A stretch of 64,000 nucleotides of DNA. Source: Phyllobates terribilis. Lineage: Eukaryota. This document shows, piece after piece, positions 54,050-64,000 of this stretch (within the stretch, counting starts at the first letter, position 1; every line of letters starts with the position of its first letter). Made by a program: the position numbers and the translations under genes. Where the stretch lies: the NCBI RefSeq assembly GCF_046119375.1, contig NW_027362762.1, positions 814,494,001-814,558,000 on the forward strand, in the 5' to 3' direction. The notes under the pieces were generated by a model. That model did not search any database, was not told where the DNA came from, and saw nothing but the letters and a program-made list of their open reading frames with translations.

Positions 54050-56410
54050 ATTATATCACTTGGCATATGTGGTGCACCACTATGTGGTGCCCATTATACT
54101 GTATGGAGGACTATGTGGTGCCCATTATACTGTATGGAGAACTATGTGGGGCCATTATACTGTATGGAGGACTATGTGGTGCCCATTATACTGTATGGAG
54201 GACTATGTGGTGCCCATTATACTGTATGGAGGACTATGTGGTGCCCATTATACTGTATGGAGGACTATGTGGGGCCATTATACTGTATGGAGCCCTATGT
54301 GGGGCCATTATTCTGTATGGAAGACTATGTGGGGCCCATTATACTGTATGGAGGACTATGTGGGGCCATTATTCTGTATGGAGGACTATGTGGCGCTCAT
54401 TATACTGTATGGAGGACTATGTGGGGCCCATTATACTGTATGGAGGACTATGTGGGGCCCATTATACTGTATGGAGGACTATGTGGGGCCATTATTCTGT
54501 ATGGAGGACTATGTGAGGCCCATTATACTGTATGGAGGACTATGTGGGGCCATTATTCTGTATGGAGGACTATGTGAGGCCCATTATACTGTATGGAGGA
54601 CTATGTGGGGCCATTATTCTGTATGGAGGACTATGTGGAGCCCATTATACTGTATGGATGACTATGTGGGGCCCATTATTCTGTATGGAGGACTATGTGG
54701 AGAGCCATTATTCTGTATGGAGGAGTATGTGGTGCCCATTATACTGTATGGAGCACTATGTGGGGCCATTATTCTGTATGGAGGACTATGTGGGGCCCAT
54801 TATACTGTATGGAGGACTATGTGAAGGCCCATTATTCTGTATGCAGGACTATGTGGGGCCATTATTCTGTATGGAGGACTATGTGGGGCCCATTATACTC
54901 TATGGAGGACTATGTGGGACCCATTATACTGTATGGAGGACTATGTGGGGCCCATTATACTGTATGGAGGACTATGTGGGGCCATTATTCTGTATGGAGG
55001 ACTATGTGGGGCCCATTATACTGTATGGAGGACTATGTCAAGGCCCATTATTCTGTATGGAGGACTATGTGGGGCCATTATTCTGTATGGAGGACTATGT
55101 GGGGCCCATTATACTCTATGGAGGACTATGTGGGGCCCATTATACTCTATGGAGGACTATGTGGGGCCCATTATACTGTATGGCGGACTATGTGGGGCCA
55201 TTATTCTGTATGGAGGACTATGTGAGGCCCATTATACAGTATGGAGGACTATGTGGGGCCATTATTCTGTATGGAGGACTATGTGAGGCCCATTATACTG
55301 TATAGAGGACTATGTGGGGCCATTATTCTGTATGGAGGACTATATGGGGCCCATTATACTGTATGGAGGACTATGTGGGACCATTATTCTGTATGGAGGA
55401 CTATGTGGAGCCCATTATACTGTATGGATGACTATGTGGGGCCCATTATTCTGTATGGAGGACTATGTGGAGAGCCATTATTCTGTATGGAGGACTATGT
55501 GGTGCCCATTATACTGTATGGAGCACTATGTGGGGCCATTATTCTGTATGGAGGACTATGTGGGCCCATTATACTGTATGGAGGACTATGTGAAGGCCCA
55601 TTATTCTGTATGGAGGACTATGTGGAGAGCCATTATTCTGCAAGAAGGACTATGTGGTGCCCATTATACTGTATGGAGCACTATGTGGGGCATTATTCTG
55701 TATGGAGGACCATATGGGGCCCATTATACTGTATGGAGGACTATTATTCTGTATGGAGGACTATGTGGGGCCCATTATACTGTATGAAGGACTATGTGGA
55801 GCCCATTATATTGTATGGACGACTATGTGGGGCCCATTATTCTGTATGGAGGACTATATGTGGCCATTATTCTGTATGGAGGACTATGTGATGCCCATTA
55901 TACTGTATGGAGCACTATGTGGGGCATTATACTGTATCGAGGACTATGTGGGGCCATTATTCTGTATGGAGGACTATGTGGGGCCCATTATACTGTATGG
56001 AGGACTATGTGGGGCCCATTATTCTGTATGGAGGACTATGGGGCCCATTATTCTGTATGGAGGACTATGTGAGGCCATTATTCTGTTTGGATGACTATGT
56101 GGGGCCATTATACTGTATGGAGGACTATGTGGGGCCCATTATACTGTATGGAGGACTATATGGGGCCCATTATACTGTATCGAGGACTATGTGGGCCCAT
56201 TATACTGTATAGGGGACTATGTGGGGCCATTATTCTGTTTGGATGACTATGTGGGGCCATTATACTGTATGGAGGACTATGTGGGGCTCATTATACTGTA
56301 TGTAGGACTATGTGGGGCTCGTTATACAGTATGGAGGACTATGTGGGGCTCATTATACTGTATGGAGGACTATGTGGGGCCCATTATTCTGAATGGAGGA
56401 CTGTTGGGTG
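54050..56410. repeat. 30/31-bp minisatellite (~77 units)
   Basis: Variants GGGGCCCATTATACTGTATGGAGGACTATGT and GGGGCCATTATTCTGTATGGAGGACTATGT; followed by a hAT-like end (...GCCAGCCCTG, ~56479). Confidence 0.95.
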
Positions 56411-57553
56411 CCCATAATACATAAAGGGGCCCACTGAGACTCTGTCGCCCGGGAACCATGAAAATCTGGAGCCAGCCCTGTTCTCCCCACTTGAAAAAAA
56501 CAAAATGGTCCGATTATTCTGATCAGAGAGGAATCAGTTTTTCTCATACACGGGGGAAAAAAAAAGTTTCTCCACCTTCTTCACTCAGTCAGTCTGTGAA
56601 AATCGGACCACACTCAGATGACACCCCGGGTACAGTCCGATGATTTCCACAGACCCATAGACTTGCATGGCCGAGTGCAATCAGACACTCAGATCAAAAT
56701 CAGACATGTCACCGATGTTTTTCCTCACAGCCCCATAGAATAACATGGGTACTTGTGCAATTGAAACCACGGATAGCACTAGTTCGATTTAAACGGTTGC
56801 TTGCAGGAACCCTTAGGGGCATGCTAAAAATCCCTTTAATTCCCTATTGTCCCTTTAAGAAACAGCTGATCCAAACTTGTAACAATCTGACAGCTAAGGA
56901 CAACTGATGGGCTTGTACCAGGTGAAGTGAGAAGCCTGCAGAGAGCTCAGGAGCAGCTGAGTACATGCAGCCTGTGCGATAGGACGCAGAGATCTCTGCA
57001 TTCTGCAGATCACAGGCCACAGACGTGGCCACCACCGTGTGATGGCGAGTGATCAGATCTGGTGACCACCATCGGTCACAATCGCCAGATCAGGTCAGGT
57101 GAGGGAGGTGAGCAGGCACAGGAGGGTCCACTATCAATCACACTGCCCCTTACAACTTCTCGTCTCGCCTTATCTCACAACAGCCAATCAGGAAATCGCC
57201 ATAGTACTCGTCCATCCAATCAGGTAACAGAACCCGCCCCTCTACTCACAGACCGCACTCTATTACATAAACGACACACAGAGTTCACCCAGGAACCAAT
57301 CGGCGTGTCCCACCTCATGTTTTATTAATGAGCCTCTTGTATGCGCGCAGCTAAGGGGGCGTCGTGACCATTAGTCTTGTTCTGCTTAATATTAATAAGC
57401 GCCTGTTAGTGGGCGTGACTACTGCAGAGAATCACTGTTCAGAGGCGGAGACCTGTCTGGCATATTAATGAGGGGGCGTGGCTTCGCGCAGGGTCTTTAC
57501 TCTCCCGTGGTCTCGCTCTACCTTTATTCTGTCGCTGCTGCCTCCCAGCTGCC

Positions 57554-57716
57554 ATGTCTTCCATCCTGCAGCCGTTCACCGTCACGGAGGGGCCCTGCGA
57601 GTTATCGCGGACAGCAGTGAGTGGCAGCAGGCGGGTGGTCTCCGGGTCTCTGGCTGCCGCTGCTCCAGGAGGAGGACGAGGGAAAATCACACACCCTGGC
57701 AAAGCCATCCTGGCTG
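57554..57716 (+). CDS. slc25a1: Mitochondrial citrate/tricarboxylate carrier (SLC25A1-like), exon 1
   Basis: gccATG in a CpG island. ...[23 protein letters not shown](G) matches SLC25A1 [24 protein letters not shown], with a phase-1 donor G|GTGAGT at the equivalent position. Exon 2 not found in the window; ortholog versus paralog unresolved. Confidence 0.85.
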
Positions 57717-59092
57717 GTGAGTACCCCCTGTGGTCGCGATGCCCAGGTACATGCACAGTACCGCTCACATCGCCCTCCCCAGCTTTCCCAGGCTCCTGAC
57801 AGGCAATGGCGCTCTGTCCACCCTCAGATCTGCTGCTCCCATCCCAGATGTAGGGTCATGTGATGGCCTCGGTGTCACCTGCTGTCTCAAAATCCAGACA
57901 AAAAGCAGAATTAGATTGGAGGAATTCAGCAGAAAGTAACGCTCAGTGATCGCATGGTGTGCACGACGTCCCAGGCAGACTGGCATCTCCGTGCACTGGG
58001 GCTTATTGGAAGATCCCATCAGAACTAGTAACCGCTCCATGTTCATGGCTGTAAAAGGGAAACCCCAGAGTATAGGACCTTTCATTTGTCCTCCTAATGC
58101 CAATGATTCATTCCTCTGCCCCCATGTGTGTGCCCGGTGCCATGATGTCAGGGGCACTAAGGCTAATCATTAGTGCAGTAGCCCCCGTCGTCCTCCTTGA
58201 AATTCCCGCTCCGGTGTCCTGTATTGGGGGAGCACAGGGCGCCATCTCTGCCCTGTGCTTGTTCTCGGAGCCAGGTTTGTCACGCGGATCCCCCCTTTAT
58301 ATCACTAACAGGACTGCCAGGAGCAGTAGACCTGGGCTGGGGGCTACGCTGCCCGCCTATAATCCTGTGTGAATGATGCTCTGCCTCCTTCGTAGTATAT
58401 TGTTACTGATAATGCCATTTACAGCATTTATCTGCGGTTTACCAGCGTATAAATGTCTGATCGCTGGTGGTCCTTCCAGCTGTTGTCAGGATTAAAGAAA
58501 GTGACATGGCCACAGACGTGCTCTGCTGCTCCAGTCATTGTCTATGGGAACGATGACGGTGACCGAGCACAGGTGAATGGGTTTCCTGGTAAACCATTCG
58601 GGTCTAAGGCAGCATTTACAAAATTTAATTTCACCTTACAAGTGATCGTCGGGTGATTCCCTGAATAGAGAGGCCAATAATCGGGCAACGAAAGTGCATA
58701 ATGGACATTCATGATTATCAGCCAGTGCAAAATGGACCCTTTAGTGTTAAAGGGCTTGTTTGGGACTTTAACGTTACTGGCCTAAGCTTAGGATAGGTCA
58801 TCAGTGTGCGACATTTCGCATTTTGGCTGCTTCTGGTGTTGGTGGTCGGGTACTGCACATGTACCCACTAGTGATTTCAATAGTGCGGTGGACGTGTAGT
58901 ACCCGGTTGTGGCCACTCTACTGCTGACGGAGCTGTGCAGCTCTGACAACAGGAACAGCTGATCGGTGGGGGTGTCGGGTGTCATAACCCCACCGATCAT
59001 TCATTGATGATTTATTCCATCAATGTTAACATCCCAGATGTTAATAGGAAGCGAGACAGAGGGAGGTTTATTAGCCATCCATTGTTCTCTAT

Positions 59093-59243
59093 GGCCTCAT
59101 TCACACATCAGTATTTGCATGCCAAAACCAGGTGTCTCCAAAACACAGAACAGGAGTCAATCTTTCAGTTCTAGCTTTTCCTTGTAATCTCCTTGTTTTG
59201 AGATACAAACAGTGATGCAAAATACTGACATGTGAATGAGGCC
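59093..59243. mobile_element. 151-bp MITE
   Basis: TIR GGCCTCATTCACACATCAGTATTT / AAATACTGACATGTGAATGAGGCC; TAT on both flanks. Confidence 0.8.
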
Positions 59244-59277
59244 TATGAGAGAGTTGAACAAAAGGGTCTTCTGTTTA

Positions 59278-59665
59278 GGCTATGTGCCCACGTTGCATTT
59301 ATGAAGCAGAAAATTTCTGCTGCATAAATGCAAGTCCTCTCCCGGAAAAACGCATGCGGAATTCCGCACGCGTTTATCGCGCTTTTTTCGCGCGTTTATC
59401 ACGCGTTTTCCACATGCGGAATTGCCTTGCGTTTTTTATGCATTGAACAAAGGCAATTCTGCTTGCGGAAACGCAAAATTAAATGACATGCTGCGGATTT
59501 TTGAACGCAGCATAAACGCTGCGGAAAAATCCGCAGCATGGGCATTGACATTGCGGAATCCCATTGGGGACCATGGGGTGCGGGTTACCAAGCGTTTTTC
59601 AAGCGTTTACGCTGCGGAAATTCCGCATCAAAAACGCTTGAAAAATGCTACGTGGGCACCCAGCC
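59278..59665. mobile_element. Harbinger-like MITE, short relative of the 7789/36038/41891 family
   Basis: GGCTATGTGCCCACG...CGTGGGCACCCAGCC; TTA TSD on both sides. Confidence 0.8.
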
Positions 59666-62621
59666 TTAAACTCGGCAGGTCAGATCCTTCTTTCCCCAAC
59701 ATTATTTGCCTTTGGGAGTCAGTAGGTCCTTCTATTAGACGTCATCCAGTCCCACTGGTATTGGCGGGTTTACCTGACTTCACTTTAATGTGTATGAGGC
59801 TTTTAAAGAAATACTAAATGTTAAACCAATATATGTCATAATCTATTGATCTCACTTCTAGCCTGTCCCATATTACAGCCAATATTGAGTTGGAGGAAGG
59901 GGATCTTGTAAATGTCCTAGAAGCCATTCTGCATTTTTTCCACCCACAGATCAGATTGGTGTCTTGGACTTGGACCTTCTTTTCTGCTCTCCTTTGACAT
60001 ACCCTTTCTCTAGTTGGTCCTTATCCAAAATGGAGGGGATTAGTAGGAACTTGACACCTGCTTTCTCTGCCAGATTTCTAAAAGTCTGTTTGTTTGAGGA
60101 GCTTGTGGAAGGTCTCGCAGTGACAAATGCCTTAGGTCAGGTTGCCAGCCTATTTTTGTTTTGTTTTTTTTCCTGATCCACTTATCCAAACATCAAGGAC
60201 AGACTATTGGGAGAACAAAACTGAAGGCTAGAAAATACTAATTTTATCTATAGCGCAGAAAACTGATGTGAACCAATTAAAGGGACCCTGTCACCTCGAC
60301 TCATGCTGCCCAAACCATGTGAAGAATCAGACCCTGGTGGCATGATTGCAGCCAGGTCTAATGTCCTCAAACATTTTTGACGTTTCACAGAAAATATACT
60401 TTAAAAATCCTCCCAGCACTGCTGCAGTGATGGATGGGTGTCCCCCTTGTGTGTACATAGGGAGAGACCTATCCATCATCTGCAGTAGTGCTTTGAAGAG
60501 CTGTCTAGGGGCGGATTTTTAAAGTATATTTTCTCTGACATGTCGGACATCCGGGGTCGGGTTAATGCTGCCCGCCATTTGGGCAGCATGAACCCGATGA
60601 GAGGTTCCTTTTTAAGAGAGGCTTGTCTGGGCATCTAATGTTGATGATCTTTCCTTTTGAATAGGTCATCGATATCAAAATGGGGACCTGATGCCTCCAC
60701 CGATCAGGTGTTCTTGGCTTAGGCGGCTGCCGGATGTAGGCATTGGATGGAGCTGAACAGCACCGCTGTGTTCTTTGTGCAGAGACCTGCCGATCAGCCC
60801 CTGTTCTGCACACTGACCGGAGCTGTAACAGATGATCGCTGGGTTTGTCACGTGTCGGACCCACATCTATATATTTTAATTATCCCAACAAAGATGGAAA
60901 ATTGGAAGAACTATATGCTTCTATTGGACTTTTTCCCATATAACTGTATAAGTATTAGAGGCTACAAGTTCTATAAATATATTGAAACCCAAAACAAAGG
61001 TAAAAATATAAATCAAAATTTATTATATACCATGTAGATCCAAAATATATCAAAAAGTGTATTACTAAAACAAAATAATTAAAATATGGGATCCAAGTTG
61101 AAAACTCAAAAACAAAAAGGACATAGAGGGGCAAAAATACATGGGTAGCAGGTCATAATGTCAAGTAAGATCAGAACAGTAAAGACGTAAGTGATATCCT
61201 TAATCGGGAGTAGAAAATGCCCATATGCCATACTCAAGCAGAGGCCAAAAAGTATATCTAAACATAAGTTACTGTAACAATCATGTCCTGGCTAAGTGAA
61301 AGCATGATTCTGCATACGCTAAAAAATACCAAAGTGCATTTAGAGGTATTAATGCTTACCTATAATCTTGCTCCTCCACACATCCTTAACCCCAACACAC
61401 GTTCCGATTAGGCCAACTCCGGGGGAGGGGTGTATGTGGCAATAATCATGTTACATAAAAATCTGTTTGGAAAGGACCAGATAAAATAAATTTTAATCCA
61501 TCATGCACTGTAAGTGTCTGATGGGCGGATCCTTCATGTCATGAGCTCTACACTGGGCACAGAGCTCCTCCTCTCCACCCCTGAGAGACTGCTCTAGTGT
61601 CCATCCAGGGGGCGCTAAATCTGTCAGTAGAGTCGAGAGTTGGGAAGCATACAGTGCTGAGAGCCCAGGACACTTCACATAGAGGCCACGCCCACTGGAC
61701 TCTTAGAATCACTGCATGATGGAGTGAATATCACCTGTCCAGCGATATCAGCAGTTTTCAAGGATCAAAACTGCAGACAGATTCCTTTTAAATAATAAGA
61801 GGATAGAGAGATAAAGGGAAGTTGGTCACAGGCGTCTCAATAGCCCAAGCTTAATAACGTGCCAAGTAATGAAGGATGGCAAAGTTGCACGCCAATCAGT
61901 CATACTACTTCCACTTTTCCAGCTGAACAGTTTTATAGACGTCAGGTGAATTAAAATGGATTTTTTTGTGCTATTAGATGGTTGTCATTGTATTTCATGG
62001 ATAACAAGTACTCTGCGTGAATCATCCATAATTCATTCCCCATCCCTGGCATCCAGCCATGACAAGGGTTATTTTACTTCTTGCTGTAAATAAATAACGG
62101 ATGCCATATCTACACAGATTCGCTCTGTCGTCTTGCTGTGATCTGAAAAGTGATTGCTCTTTTCCTTTTCTAGTCTGGGACAAGATTTTGTTCATTAGTG
62201 ATAGGACGCTTAGACAGTATTGACTGGGATGCAGTTGGGCTTTGCTTCTGCGTCACAAGCGATTGATTACTGAGCTTTTAAGTTTCTCCTTTTATGCAAT
62301 AAAGAATGAAATTAAATTTAGTTCATTATATATGCCATTATGAGATTGGATACGGGTCATTGAACTTATTATCCACTATATATAGAAATCTCCGACCTTT
62401 CCCATATTACCAGAAAGGCTTTCAGAGGCTCCAGTGCCAAGCCGTAGCAGCCATGTAGATGTGGCCAAAAACTGATACATAAAATATATATGCATTAGAA
62501 TACCGTATATAAAATATTTATTATATTTGATATATTCTATCCCTTTTTATGAAGTATTCCTTGCCAGTGAAAGATTGTTCTTCCTGTGCTAAGCGCTAAG
62601 CTGTGTAGTTGGAGGAGTAGT

Positions 62622-62949
62622 TGTAGCGATCTGTAGGGTGCTGTAGTACGTGAGTGTTTATATCCTGATCTTTATTGCTATTTTGGTTTGTGTATTCCTT
62701 CCTTTCCCTACCTCCTCCCTATTTTTTGTGAGTGTCTTTGTATGATAGTGGTTTCAGTTATCTCTCTGGCTATTACATTTCTGTCCCATGCCTCAAGGGG
62801 TGGGGGAGAGGACAGATTGGGGTTTAACAGCTGCATAGTAAGGTCGGAGACCCAGGCCTCTCTACCATCAAGAGTCCCCCGGGGACAGGGATAGTTGTGG
62901 TCCCAGTTCCAGGGACCGTTTTAGGTCCATCTCCCTTAAGTCCGTCACA
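62622..62949. mobile_element. LTR-like fragment related to the solo LTR at 47695-48208, opposite orientation
   Basis: The reverse complement shares CTATCCCTGTCCCC...GGT.GAGA.GCC.GGGTC...ACCTT and a TGT.AC terminus; no TSD found. Confidence 0.5.
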
Positions 62950-64000
62950 CCGTGGCATGAACAATGGAAGGGAATTAGCTGTTTACATTTTTGCTGTGGG
63001 TGCAAAATGGATTGATGTATTGAAATCCATGGTTCTATCTGCTACAAAATCCACAGATAACACTTCAGGATATAATTTTGGACTTTGGTGTGGAAATGTA
63101 GGCTGGATCAACTGCATCAATTTTGCACATTTATGACCTCTTCGGAGAATACGCTATTAATATGTAATTGGCTCCTAACCGCACAAGAGAATACCACTTC
63201 CGTCAGCAAAATGGTGGGATGGGGGGTCCTGTGACCCTTGAATGCCAATTAACAGTGTCTGTGTTGTGAAAAGTACTGAGCAAAAGGCTTAGTTGTAATG
63301 TGTAACCTCAAATTTATTTGGATTTTGGGATGAATATATTGCAGACAAACGAAGATAAGTCAATTTCTAATAAAAAAAAAAAAAAAGAGATTTTATATAT
63401 ATATATCTCTCTATCTATATCTCCGAAGGGAAATATGGGCTGAAAACCCCAATTTTGGAGTATTGGATAGAGGTATAGATATTGTTTAATTCAGTTAGAG
63501 ATCCAAAAATACCAGGAGCAGAGTAACCAGAAATTTGCTAGTGCCAACATTTTTTTTTTTTTTTTTTGGGATTATTTTCGAAAGATATCTTGAAGAGATT
63601 CTATTGCTAGAAGTGATGAAACTGGATGCACTTATTAATCTGGTGGTTTGGGCTATGACCTCACTATTATATTTCTATCTTTATGGGGTTCAGTAGTCTA
63701 TTTTGAACTCTAAGGACAATCATTGTGTGAGAGAAAACTGGGAAACCTATGGGGACATTCAAGTTGCTTAAAGTTGTGTCTCTGGTTCAGTGTTACCCAA
63801 ACTGCAGTCCTCATAGCCCCCTACCGATCATGTTTTCAGGATTTCATTAGCATTGCAATAGTAAAGAAATCCAGGAAACATATCTGTTGAGGGTCATGAG
63901 GACTGGAGTTTGGGAAACACTGCTCTGGTTGGATTTGAACCCTAGACCTTCTCTCAGTAATGTAACAATCTCTATTCACTGAATACAGATTTTACCCGGG

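Noticed and set aside
53979-56424. Many overlapping ORFs rich in YCMEDYVGP-type repeats
   Set aside because: They are translations of the 30/31-bp minisatellite in all frames, with no splice or domain support.
61385-61430. Possible third degenerate hammerhead (minus strand CCCC...GGAACGTGTGTT-GGGG)
   Set aside because: The CUGANGA core is not recognisable; too decayed to call.
57800-64000. Exon 2 of the slc25a1-like gene (expected [24 protein letters not shown])
   Set aside because: No matching sequence seen by eye; it presumably lies beyond the window. A tBLASTn search would settle this.

Overview
Eukaryotic genomic DNA, most likely from an anuran amphibian (inferred from the transposon families and the vertebrate gene content); it is not prokaryotic and has no CRISPR array. 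Three spliced host genes were reconstructed by hand, with GT-AG junctions and consistent phases. These are pom121 (minus strand, exons 1-4, continuing past the left edge), a complete tekt1 (minus strand, 7 coding exons, 402 aa) and exon 1 of an slc25a1-like mitochondrial citrate carrier (plus strand). The rest is mostly mobile DNA. It includes a Penelope-like element with an intact-looking hammerhead ribozyme and an apparently perfect inverted terminal copy, a hAT transposon with an 8-bp TSD, and a young full-length Gypsy element with intact gag/pol, a tRNA-Ser PBS and a UUUAAAC/pseudoknot -1 frameshift cassette. It also holds solo LTRs, a Gmr1-like remnant, two Tc1 elements, many MITEs and several tandem arrays. 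The most unusual signals are a hammerhead-like core caged in a 49-bp hairpin, a near-homogeneous 48-bp array carrying about 67 perfect CSL/RBPJ motifs in pom121 intron 1, and a duplicated tekt1 splice donor next to a 33-bp hairpin. All coordinates and alignments were read by eye; no database search was run.
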